From positions 20,336,001-20,400,000 of the forward strand of contig NC_043005.1 of the NCBI RefSeq assembly GCF_006345805.1: 64,000 nucleotides of DNA. Direction: 5' to 3'. The position numbers and the translations under genes are program-made. Shown here one piece after another: positions 52,527 to 64,000 of this stretch (position 1 is the stretch's first letter; each line of letters begins with the position of its first letter). This stretch comes from Octopus sinensis. Taxonomy: Eukaryota. A model generated the notes under the pieces. That model had not been told where the DNA came from. It saw only the letters and a list, made by a program, of their open reading frames with translations, and did not search any database.

Positions 52527-53978
52527 GTAAGACATTTTATTTTTTCAGCTGTCCTTTTTTTTTTTATTTCCAAATTTCATTTGCAGGTGTTATTTCTTCA
52601 AAGGCATGTGAAATAAGAAGGAAGAGCACCCAGTTGTAAAACAATTCTGCAATAATATATTAAACTAAAACTAACCCATGCTAACATGGAAAAATGGAGG
52701 TAAAGTATATCAATGTAAAACTACATTTTTTTTTTTGACAGGGAAATGACCATGTCATTGCTAGTAACTGAATGATTTTCAAAGAAGTGAAAAGGTAAAC
52801 AACATATAGGCGCACACATTGTTGTCATCATGTGTCACATATTTTTACAACCTGTTGATGAAAGTCTTCTTAATTAAGCACAAGTTCTCCCATCAGATGA
52901 AGCCATAGCATTACTTTCATCTGGCTTTCTCATAGTGTTTTCTTGACAGAGATATTGGGGTTGGTTTGCCATTGTCTTCCTCAGCTGGATGACTGTTGGC
53001 CCACAGGGAGCTCATCCACCTTTCAACAAATTATGTTTTTAGTCCTGTTGGGTTTATCCAGGCGTCCTCTTCACAAAAGTAGCAAACTGCTCAAGTGGGA
53101 GAGCTGGTTTAGTTGCCAACCACCCAACCATGAAACAGGTAGCACTGGTTTACATAGTAACAGTAGCAGGCTTCATCAGCCTGTGATGAGATCCCTTACC
53201 TGACTATATACATACACAATCCATATACAAATACACACACATGACAGGCTTCTCTCAGGTTCAGTCTACCAAATCCAATCACTAGGCTTTGTAAGATAAA
53301 AGATGACATCTGCCATGTAGTAGGACTGAACCTCATACCGGTGATTGAGAAGAAATTTCTTAACCACACAGCCATGCTTGCACTTAACATATTATATATA
53401 TATATATATATATATATACAGATAGAGAGAGAGAGAGGAGAGCACACACATACACACACAAAAGGACTCAGCATAGCTTCCATCCACCAAATTCCAAATT
53501 GCTTTCACAAGGCACTGATCAACTTGAAGTTAGGAAAGAAGACATGTGACCAAGGTGCTGTGCATTAGGCACAACATATATTTGCATGAAAAGCTGTCAT
53601 CTTTTATCTTACAAAGCCTAGTGATTGGATTTGGTAGACTGAACCTGAGAGAAGCCTGTCATGTGTGTGTATTTGTATATTACTGTATTCGAACTTGCAC
53701 CATTTCATCTGTAGGGAGTCAGTGTTCTCAGATCTGAACAATCAACTCTCTCCCAATTGTTTCTTGGTCCAGTTTTCTCAAACAGCTTCCATTCTTTAAC
53801 GCAGAGTACTTTTTCATCTAGCATTTATCATTTTTCCTGTTTTAGTTACATGTCTATAACAGCACAAACATCTCTTCTTGTATAGGTTATTTAGCTATTT
53901 TGTAAACTCACTGATATTCGAAGTGTCCATACTTTAACATACAGTAACAGCATGATGTTTTGTTTGCTTTCATTACAG

Positions 53979-54112
53979 ACCTAAATATCTTGTGGTTAAT
54001 GCAGATGAAGGTGAGCCAGGAACCTGTAAAGACAGAGAAATCATCCGATGTGACCCTCATAAACTTATTGAAGGATGTTTGGTAGCTGGTCGAGCCATGG
54101 GTGCGAGAGCAG
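53979..54112 (+). CDS. NDUFV1: NDUFV1 exon 5
   Basis: [44 protein letters not shown]; ttacag| ... G|gttggt. Confidence 0.98.
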
Positions 54113-54429
54113 GTTGGTTATTATTTTCAGAAATTACTATGTTTATTGATGTAAGATATTATCATTGTTGTTTTATAAGGTGGTGGCTATCAAAATCGGT
54201 TATTACATCTGCATTCAAATCATGGTCAATTTCACTTTCGAGGGACAGCAAATTATAAATTGAAGAGGGCATTATGATCAGGATGTTTGGTAATTACCAT
54301 GTTTTGGGAAAGAATATAGTTTGGTGAGAGCAATTAGTGTTTTAATTGTGTACCTTGGGTTCATAAGAAGTATTGTTTTAGAAAATGTACTTTTGGTATG
54401 TGAAAAAGATTGCTTTGGAGTTATAAATC

Positions 54430-55075
54430 ATTTTTCAAAGAATATGAGCAGTTCCCATGAGTACTGTTTCCTGGATTTCTTCCATTTTTTAATTCCCTGG
54501 GATTTGAGATAGGTAATAAGTAGCTCCTTTGCTATTATTCCTAGGGCACCTACAATTGTAAATATTATTTTAGTCCTGAGTTTCAACATTTTGCCAATTT
54601 CTATTTCAAGATCTTTGTACTTGCTCAACTTTTGATAGATCTTGACAGATACAGTTATATCAATCAGGACAGTCATATCGATGAAGAGCTATGATTTTCA
54701 TCTGAAACCCTTCCACATGACAGCTGGCCTATTTGCATCTATCTTTCTGTCAGCTTGAACAGAAAAGTTCCATAGGAGTGAGATTTGATCTTTTTCAGCA
54801 CTGAAGGTAGTTTGTGTTCCCACCAGTTTTTATGATCGGATAGGTCCAGGACCCTGAAAATTATTTAGTATATATACTATGCAACTCTATCATGCCTGTT
54901 TAGATACTCTGAGGGTACAAGAAGGCTACACATGGAGACAATACGACTGATGATTTCAAGCTGTTTTTTACACACTTGACATGTTGGGCTGCTACCATTC
55001 TTTAAGATGGCTTGACAGCTTCTTGCAGGTAGACATTGATCCTAGGCTGCTATGATAAACCCTTCTGTTTCTGAT
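54430..55075 (-). mobile_element. R4/Dong-clade RLE-domain remnant in NDUFV1 intron 5
   Basis: QKLSKYKDLEIEIGKM.KL.T....IVGALG plus upstream CQVC and RHDRV remnants. Confidence 0.75.
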
Positions 55076-55226
55076 TGACTACTCTCCCTCCCCTTAAAAC
55101 TGCTAGCCTTGTGCCTAAATAAGAAACTATTATTATTATCATCATCATGATCATTATCATCTACACTTTCTTTGCTCTAAAGAATTACTGTATAGTTAAT
55201 CAAGAATTTTCCTTGTTATCTTTTAG

Positions 55227-55291
55227 CCTACATCTATATTCGTGGAGAATTTTATAACGAAGCTTCTAACTTGCAGATTGCCATTAATGAA
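55227..55291 (+). CDS. NDUFV1: NDUFV1 exon 6
   Basis: A-YIYIRGEFYNEASNLQIAINE; ttttag| ... |gtaagt. Confidence 0.97.
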
Positions 55292-56003
55292 GTAAGTCAA
55301 ATTCTCTCTCTCCCTCCCTTTCTCCTCCTCCACTCTCCTCTATCTCTCTCCTCCTCCTACACTTCTCTCTCCCTCCTCCCTTCCCTCTCTCCTCCTCCTC
55401 CTCAATTCCTCTCTCTCTCCTCCACCTCTCTCCACTTCCTTTCTGTCTCTGTCTGTCTCTCTTAGTTGACTGAAGATTCTCACAACTACCATTTGTTATG
55501 AAAGAGATTATCTTCATTAGATGTGTAACTATTAAGATTTGTGGCTGAGTGGTGCCTCTTTCTTAGAGAATAACAGTTGCATTGTCAGATTCTCATTTAT
55601 ATGGTAAAGAATACTGATATACAGTAGGGTGGTGGTGGTTGGTGCTATTCTTGGCTGTTAGCAAGATTTTAACCATTCCATAGTCATATTGGACTTAGTC
55701 AAATTACCAGTCAGTTTGATAACTCTCAAGTAATAGTGTACAGATTTATATTGACTTCGCATGTTACCTTGATCAGTGACACTAGAGAGGCCTGAGATGG
55801 CTACACTTTGGTATTATATCTTTAGGGATTGATCAAATAAAGTACCAGTCAAGTACTGCAGTTGGTAGTATCGACTAACCACTGCCCCTCAAAATTGCTG
55901 GCCAAAATTAGAAACAGTTGTTATTATAAGGGTGATGGAGGCAGTGAGCTGGTAGAATTGTTAGCACACTGGACAAAATGCTTCACGGTATTTCACCTGT
56001 TGC

Positions 56004-56231
56004 GGTGAGCTAGCAGAATCGTTAGCACGTTGGGCGAAATGCTTAGCGGTATTTCGGCTGCCGTTACGTTGTGAGTTCAAATTCCGCCGAGGTCGACTTT
56101 GCCTTTCATCCTTTCGGGGTCGATAAATTAAGTACCAGTTAAGCACTGGGGTCGATATAATCGACTTAATACCTATGTCTGTCCATGTTTGTCTCCTCTA
56201 TGTTTAGCCCCTTGTGGGTAATAAAGAAATA
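56004..56231 (+). mobile_element. SINE family C, young copy nested in an older copy of the same family
   Basis: B box gagttcaaattcc; tail aaagaaata; 17-bp TSD ggtatttcacctgttgc (55987-56003 and 56232-56248). Confidence 0.85.
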
Positions 56232-56282
56232 GGTATTTCACCTGTTGCTCCATTCTGAGATCAAAGTCCACCAAGGCACTGG

Positions 56283-56412
56283 GGAAAACTTGAGTTGGCT
56301 ATATTGTGGTTCTAGAGAGACCTGAGCTAGCAACATTGTGCTTCTAGGAAAACCTGAGCTGACTATATAATGTTATCAGAAACCTGAGTTGATTATATTG
56401 TGGAACTGGGAA
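56283..56412. repeat. Degenerate minisatellite of about 31 bp, about 4 units
   Basis: Recurring gaaa(a)cctgag(c/t)tg...atattgtg...cta. Confidence 0.65.
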
Positions 56413-56634
56413 GTTTCAGAGTGACTTTAGCACAGAAGTTTTAAAATGTGAGCATTTCTATTGTCATTATAATGAATTGTATTGATGGTAGGCATATAGT
56501 CATTGATGAAAATTAGTAAAAGAGCTTGAGAGGTAACATTACTAGTGGGCACTATGATTAATGTAAAGAAAGGACCGAGAGATGGTGGTGATAATCCTGA
56601 CGACAGTCACTGTTATAAATGTTTGTCTTTTCAG

Positions 56635-56739
56635 GCCTATGCTGCTGGGTTAATTGGTAAGAATGCTTGTGATTCTGGTTATGATTTTGATGTATTCGTG
56701 CACCGGGGTGCTGGAGCCTATATATGTGGTGAAGAAACA
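56635..56739 (+). CDS. NDUFV1: NDUFV1 exon 7
   Basis: [35 protein letters not shown]; tttcag| ... |gtaagt. Confidence 0.98.
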
Positions 56740-56826
56740 GTAAGTAAATTTTCATTCCTGGATATTTTATTGTTTTTGTTTAAAGGGCAAAGTTAATCTT
56801 TGTGTGAAGATGGCAGGGTTTATTAA

Positions 56827-57046
56827 CCCTTTAGCATTTAAACCAGCCGTATCCAGCCCAAATATTCTACCCATTTTATGGTGTAACTGGTCAAATCTGG
56901 CCTCTCACACCTGCCTGATAGTGTCATTTTAAAAATAAACAATCACATCATTGCAGTTTCAAAGCTGTGAGATAATGCATGATTAAATCCAAACTATGTG
57001 ATTAAATAAGTATAATGTTTGACAGAGTAATCTAAATGCTAAAGTG
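56827..57046. mobile_element. piggyBac-type MITE
   Basis: TTAA|CCCTTTAGCATTTA ... TAAATGCTAAAGTG|TTAA. Confidence 0.8.
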
Positions 57047-57544
57047 TTAATGCTATTGCTTTTATTTTCCCTTGAGGGATAGAAAATAATCCGAGCCCTT
57101 AATTTGTTGCTTAAAGAAGCCTGTTAAACACTAGTATCAGTCAAATTAACCCCAGTGTTTTAGTGGTATTTTGTTTTATTGAAAACTAGAAGGATGAAAG
57201 GCTGATAAAGGTAGTATCTGGCACATGTACTAGGGTTGATTATATCATCTGTATATCTTTCCTTGCAAATTTGTGACAATGTTAGAAATCATCATGGGTC
57301 ATCACTGTCTGATCCAGTTCTTATTTGGAGTTATTGTCCTTATAGAAGAGTCATAAGACCACATCTCACTCATATGGTTTCTAAAGCTGGATACTCTTCT
57401 GAACACTTACCACATTACAGTTTCTATTCAGTATATTTTAGCATGGCACCAGCACCAGAGAGGTTGTCATGTCCTTTAGTAGTATTTAAGAATCCTTTTA
57501 TCCCTGTCATGTCTCTACTTGTTTGATGTTATCATTAACAATGT

Positions 57545-58640
57545 TGTGAAAGCAGCAAGCTGGCAGAATCACTAGCATTTCTCCCAATTTACAGTCTGAA
57601 TTCAAATGCTGTCAAGGTCAACTTTGCTTTTCATCCTTTTGGAGTCAATAAAATAAGTACCAGTTGAGTGTTGGGGTTGTTGTAATTGACTTACCTGCTC
57701 CCCCAGACTTGCTGGCCTTGTGCCAAAATTTGAAACCAATATTATTACTATTGTTACAACAAGGGTTATGGGTTGGCAGAATTATTAAAACATTGGAAAA
57801 ATGCCTTGTGGTATTTGCTTTCCATCCTTTATATTCTGAGTTAAAATTTCATTGCAGTCATCTTTGTTTTATACCTTTTGGGATTGATCAAATAAAGTAC
57901 CAGTCAAATACTGCAGTTGATAGTATTGACTAACCACTGCCCCTCAAAATTGCTGGACAAAATCAGAAACAGTTGTTATTATAAGGGTGATGAAAGCAGT
58001 GAGCTGGTAGTATCGTTAGTACACTGGATGAAATACTTCTCGGTATTTCACCTATTGCTCCATTCTGAGTTCAAAGTCCACCAAGATCGACTTTGCCTTT
58101 TATCCTTTCGGGGTTGATAAATTAAGTACCAGTTGCATACTGGGGTTGATCTAATCGACAGCCCCCCCCCTCCATCCCAAATTTCAGGCCTTATACCTAT
58201 AGAAGAGAGAATTATAAGGCTGATGGATTGACAGGATTATAAGAGCATTAAAAAGGTGTCTTGTGTTATTTCATCTCATCCTCTACATTCTGAATTGAAA
58301 TCTCAGTAAACTCAGCTTTGTTTTTCATTCTTCAGGGTTAATAAAATGAAGTACCAGGCAGGTACTTGAGTCAGTGTAATTATTTAACCCCCTTCCCTCA
58401 AAATTACTTGTTTTATGTCTAATTTAGAAACCTTATTAAGACAGGGGTGGATTATCAGAATTGGTATAACAGTGGACTAAATGCCTTATGGTATTTTAAT
58501 TACACACATCCCGAGTCCAAATTGCACTGATGTTGACTTCACTTGTCCCCAATTTTGTTTAAATAAAATAAGTAACAATCAAATACTGCAGTTAATTAAA
58601 GTGATTATACCACTCCTCCTAAAATACAGACATGTCTAAT
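57545..58640 (+). repeat. Head-to-tail run of about 5 decayed family-C-like SINE units
   Basis: Recurring units of about 200-230 bp: ggcagaat...gttcaaat...tttcatcc...aagtaccag...ccctcaaa...attattataag. Confidence 0.65.
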
Positions 58641-58739
58641 TTAAAAATTATTATTTTTTTTAATTACTATTTTTTTGCCATCATATATGTATATAGTGTT
58701 TCTTCCATCTTACTGAGCCTTATATTTTTATACTTGTAG

Positions 58740-58889
<150 letters not shown>

Positions 58890-59885
58890 TAGTTGCGGGA
58901 TGATTTCTTATATTTAATGTCTGAGTGCAGGCATGACTGTGGTTAAAAATTTTACTGTGCAATTATATTGTTTTAGGTTTAGTCATGCAACATAGCACCT
59001 TAGGTAAGTGTCTCTACTATATCCTTAAAACAACCCAAACTTTGTGAGAAAATTTGGTGGATAGAAAACTAAGGTGGAAACCTGTTGGAAAGATAGTTAC
59101 TTAATCAACTGACCTCACTTAGCTCTTAGGGTTACCTTTTGTGGAGTCCACCCTGTTGCAAGCTTTCAGGCCATGTCTCTAGTTTGAGAATAACTTCCTC
59201 CTGAAACAGATCATAGGTTCTCTCTTTCCTCGTGGAATCACAGCATGGTTAACAGAAAGTAGTCTTTGTGTGCAGTGGATGTGCAGGTACAATAAACACT
59301 AAGGATATGCAGGAAATAGATTTCCTCAAACGTGAAAGGGGATCCTTGGAGGTAGTGGACGGTTTTTGTTACCTAGATAACCAAATTAGCAGCAATGGAG
59401 GTTGCTCAGAAACCATAGTTGTTAGAACAGGAACCAGCTGGGAAAAGTTCAGGGAGATATTACTTTTGTTGTTCACAAAAGACCTCTCGCTTCTGAGTGG
59501 AATTGGGAGACAGAAACTAATGTGTGTGATTGTTGTTTCATATGTTCCCATTAACAATATCTGGATGAAAATGGTGTCTTTGTTTACAATCTTCAAAAAC
59601 CAAAAAAATTTCTGTTTTAGCTTTTGATATGTGAGAGCCAGGAGAATGAAAATATCTTACTTTGAAAACAAGTAAGGTTTGGTGACAGGATACTTCACAT
59701 TGGAATCAAACTTATTACTTCATGGTTATGAAGCAAACTTCTTAATCACTCAGCATGCCTGTACCACGATTGAATTCATTTTATGAACTAGCTGTTCAAT
59801 ATGGCTGGTTCAGGAAAGCTATTTTTGCCTTCATTTTATAACACTGATGTATTTTCTATTCCTGATAATTTATGATATTCTATTG

Positions 59886-60071
59886 CAGTGCACTGCAATC
59901 TTTTTCCACTTGTGGTACATTTATAGTTTTTTCAAAATTCGGCAGCACACCTGAACTAAAAATATAACTGAAAGTGTAGGGAAAAAAATTATGTTCAGGT
60001 TACACAGCAACAGATCTAGCATCGTGTTGTGGTACACCAGTGTGCCGCAGCATACTGGTTAAGGAGCACTG
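59886..60071. mobile_element. hAT-type MITE
   Basis: Ends CAGTGC...GCACTG; perfect 8-bp TSD ttctattg (59878-85 and 60072-79). Confidence 0.75.
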
Positions 60072-60080
60072 TTCTATTGC

Positions 60081-60250
60081 AAGCAATTGGTGGTATTTTA
60101 TACTATTAGCATATTGCCATGGAGAATTTGAGGTGTTTTATATTGTTTCTATACTGTTTCAGGCAATTTGTGGTATCTTATGTTGTTGCTCTGTTATTTC
60201 AGAGAATTTGTGATGTCTTCAGTTGTTGATATTCCATTGCAGGCAATTTG
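60081..60250 (+). repeat. Degenerate 40-bp tandem repeat overlapping the NDUFV1 exon 9 acceptor
   Basis: Units start at 60081, 60121, 60161, 60201 and 60241 (aagcaattgg, ggagaatttg, aggcaatttg, agagaatttg, aggcaatttg). Confidence 0.75.
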
Positions 60251-60308
60251 CAGGCGAGGTGGAGAATGGTTTGCTTCATTTGGTCGAGAGAGAAATCGTG
60301 GCACAAAG
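60243..60308 (+). CDS. NDUFV1: NDUFV1 exon 9
   Basis: AICRRGGEWFASFGRERNRGTK; ttgcag| ... |gtaatt. Confidence 0.96.
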
Positions 60309-61683
60309 GTAATTTTTCTTTTATTCCTGTCATATTGTGATTGCATGAGGTCAGGTTCAAACTTTTTTTATTTATTAATTTATTTAAAATTGAATTTTTT
60401 TGAAATGACTTTAGCAGATGATAGTACTATTAGTTTCCTTGGAAACTGTTCGATGGTCAATGCGGTGGACAACATAATACAAGGGACATAACTCTGCTTA
60501 TTCCACTTCGCCTGCGTGAACAATTCATCATCTTCATCATCGTTTAACGTCCTTCTTTTATGCCAACACGAAAGGAGAATGTATTATGTTGCACACCGCA
60601 TTAACAGTCGACCAGTTTCCAAGGAAACTAATAGTAATATCATCTATTGAAGTCACTTAAAAAAATTCACAAAATGGAATAAGTTTTTGTGATGTAAATA
60701 GAGAGCAAAGAATTTATTGTCCATACAAAAATAGTCATCTCTTATTAGCTGATGCCTTATATGCTTAACAATCCTCTTACTTGCCTTACATTCTTTCTCT
60801 CTTCATGGCACACAAACTTATTTATGCCATAAGATTTATATCTTTTTAGACTGTTAACTGCACTGTTACAAATAAAGAGATTTCAATATATTAAATGAAA
60901 ATTCCATCTTTATAGATAAGGCTAAAAGTCCATGAAAATTATAATCTCATAATAATTTCATTTAGAGATTTATTCCATTATGTGAAATATATCGGAGACA
61001 CAGCAGGGTATGAGAAACACCAACTTATTTTAGGGTGTATAAAAATAGGTTTCATCTGTCATCTATATAAGAGGCATCAGATGTGTGCAAAAAAAGACTG
61101 TGCCATGATCATGTGATGTGTATATGGAGAGCTGCATAAAGTGGTGCTGATCTCCAATTATGGAGGGAACCTGTGAGATGAAGTGATGAGAAAGGATCTG
61201 CAGATGTTGACCTCATTGAGGAAATGACAAGGGACTGAGACTTCTGGTGATTTGTTGTATTTGAGAAGACACGTCAAGCTAAGTAAAATCGTGGCCATCC
61301 ATACACTCATGTATATCCTTTATGGCCATGCCTCCATTCTCTCTCTGATGTCTTTGTCTTGCAGGTACTGGTGTTACATAAAATGCACCTGTGCCAGTTC
61401 CAAATTAAATGCTGGTGTCACATAAAAACACCTGTGCTGGTAGCACATAAAAAGTGCCCAGCACACTGTGTAAAGTGGTTCGTGTTAGGAAGTGTATCCA
61501 GTTACAGAAATCATGCCAAACAGACAACTGTAGCTTGGACTGCTCTCCAGCTGGCCAGCTCTTGTCAAACTGTCCAATCCATAATAGCATGGGAAACAGA
61601 TGTTAAATGATGATGATGGTAATGTTGGTCTACATTTGCTGTTGTAAATGAACTGTTTTTGCAGAAACTTATACAGTTTTAAA

Positions 61684-61893
61684 ATAATAATAATAATAAT
61701 AAACATTGTGTACAGTGCTCAGGTGCACTACAACTCATCTAAAGTGCATATATAATCAGGTGTAGTTTCGACGGATTTCGGAAAGCATGAGGGCCTTAAG
61801 GGATGCAGTGTCATGGCAGTCAACAACTGACGCAGGCAGTTTATTCCATGCTTCAGCAACTCTGAGCGTGAAGAAATGTTTCCGAAAGTCATG
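61684..61893 (-). mobile_element. CR1/L2-group LINE 3' end with (TTA)n tail
   Basis: HDFRKHFFTLRVAEAWNKLPASVV...*. A near-identical shorter copy lies at 33655-33768 and an older one at 46949-47016. Confidence 0.8.
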
Positions 61894-62012
61894 TGGGGAT
61901 ACATATTTGAAATAATTACAGCATTTTACTACTTGCTTGTTAATTTCAGTTTTATTCAAGTGTTTTTATTTTCCTTTTCCATCTCTTCTGTTGAAGATTT
62001 GATTATACATAT

Positions 62013-62044
<32 letters not shown>

Positions 62045-62652
62045 AGTGAACAAACATACTGATGTAACACTCAACACAACACATATAGCTGGAGTTGTAT
62101 TTGTATTGCGTAACAGGTTAACTTAGCTTCTCTCAGGGACTGATCATGCTTTTTCTTTCATGTCCACAAAACCTTAAGTAACATGAGTAGCTAAGTCAAT
62201 GTATCATATATATATGTGTGTGTATGTGTGACAAGAATACCCATCAAACTGAGCAAAATTGCAATTGTGTCAGATACCAGTGTCATGCAAATTGACACCC
62301 ATGTTGGTGGCACATAAAAGCACCCTGGTGTCACACAAATGGCACCCATGCCAGTGGCACATAACAGCACCCATTACACTCTTGGAGTGGTTGGCGTTAG
62401 GAAGGGCGTTTAGCCATAGAAAAACCATGCCAAATCAGACTGGAGTTTGATGCAGCCTTCTAGAGTGCCAGCCCAGTAAAACCATCTAACCCATGCCAGC
62501 ATGGACAACAGACGTTTGCCAGTCCTCAGTCAAATCGTCCAACACATGCTAGCATGGAAAGCGGACATTAAACGATGATGATGGTAGAGAGAGAAAGAAA
62601 GACAGATACATACACATACATTATATATACATTATTTGTATCTGGTTTTCAG

Positions 62653-62819
62653 CTGTTCAATATTTCTGGACATGTTAATAACCCCTGTACAGTGGAAGAG
62701 GAAATGTCAGTGCCATTAAAAGACCTAATTGAGCGACATGCTGGTGGTGTTATTGGTGGTTGGGACAACCTACTCGCAATTATTCCAGGTGGTTCCTCTA
62801 CACCTCTTCTGACCAAAAA
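62653..62819 (+). CDS. NDUFV1: NDUFV1 exon 10 (SLBB region); gene continues beyond the window
   Basis: [55 protein letters not shown]; tttcag| ... AA|gtaagt. The C-terminal 4Fe-4S (N3) exons are not in the window. Confidence 0.98.
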
Positions 62820-63587
62820 GTAAGTCTTTCATTTATATTTTTTGTTCTTATAAATATACCTTCATGATCAAATTACACCTGTTTTCCCATACTACCTTTG
62901 GTTGGACAGGGCTCACAGCGTCCTGCTACACATTGTGCTTTTGGCCATCTGAATTGTACAGCAACAGAGAAAACTAGTCAGATGCTTGTCCTATCACCAA
63001 TCACTTTGTATATATTATATAACTAGTTGAAACTTTGAACTCACTGTCAACAAGGCACCCACTATGTTCTTGGAGCGGTTTGTGTTAGGAAGGGCATCCA
63101 GCTGTAGAAACCAAGCCAAATAAGACTGGCGCCCATACAGCTGTCTGGTTTACCAATTCCAGTCAAACTGGCTAACCTATTCCAGCATGGAAAGTGGATG
63201 TTAAATGATATATATCATCATCATCATCATTTAACGTCCGCTTTCCATGCTAGCATGGGTTGGACGATTTGACTGAGGACTGGTGAACCAGATGGCTACG
63301 CCAAGCTCCAATCTGATTTGGCAGAGTTTCTGTAGATGGATGCCCTTCCTAACGCTAACCACTCCGAGAGTGTAGTGAGTGCCAGTCATCGAATTTGGTT
63401 CAATTTCGATTTCACTTGCCCCAACAGGTCTTCGCAAGCAGAGTTTAGTGTCCAATGAAGGGAGGTTGGCATGGGTGCCAGTCGTCGAATTTGGTTCGAT
63501 TTCGAATTCAATATATATATATATACACACGCACACACAAATATATATATATGTGTGTGTGTATATACACACATATATATATATGTT

Positions 63588-63637
<50 letters not shown>

Positions 63638-64000
63638 CTTTGTATTTCATGCTAAAGATTACTACATGGTGTACCCAAAGATTTTAACTGTTAATGCATT
63701 CATAAATTAAATAAGTTAAATTTACTAGATACACGAAACATTAGCTTTAGTATGTAGGATATTTGGTTGCTGATGAAAGTCAATAAACCTGAAAAGGCAT
63801 CATGCAGTCAGTTCCTTTTTCTATTGTCCACATTGAGGTTGTTTCATGACCTGGACAGATCTTTATGACTGTCGCATGTATGTAATCTATTTAATTCATT
63901 TACAAATGCTGTGATAGCTAAAATCTTTGGGTATAGTCCTAAGTAATTGTTAATATGGAAAATAAGTATTGCTGGTGCATCAGTAATTCATGTAACACGT

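Overview
This is AT-rich, repeat-dense eukaryotic DNA, most likely a coleoid cephalopod of the Octopus type. That call is inferred from the abundant tRNA-derived SINEs, RTE/R4/Penelope/CR1 retroelement debris and very long microsatellites. Two spliced + strand genes can be rebuilt by hand with GT-AG introns and matching phases. (1) A complete 9-exon, 452-aa secreted protein (5797-29990) with signal peptide - PAN/Apple - PAN/Apple - Sushi/CCP - GON domain and no protease domain. (2) The first 10 coding exons of NDUFV1, the 51-kDa FMN subunit of complex I (45775-62819, continuing past the window). Nearly all other ORF-track entries are microsatellite or retroelement artefacts. The most unusual non-genic signal is a set of fold-back elements sitting in (TA)n tracts in which each arm carries a type I hammerhead-ribozyme motif with a palindromic stem III, probably derived from Penelope pLTRs; a separate hammerhead with an intact core lies at 39675-39746. 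Other points: a Merlin-type MITE with a perfect 8-bp TSD just upstream of NDUFV1, a 40-bp tandem repeat that multiplies the NDUFV1 exon 9 splice acceptor, an ORF1-only Tx1/L1-like element, and short local sequence copies captured in (TA)n tracts. All calls come from reading the sequence by eye; no searches or folding programs were run.
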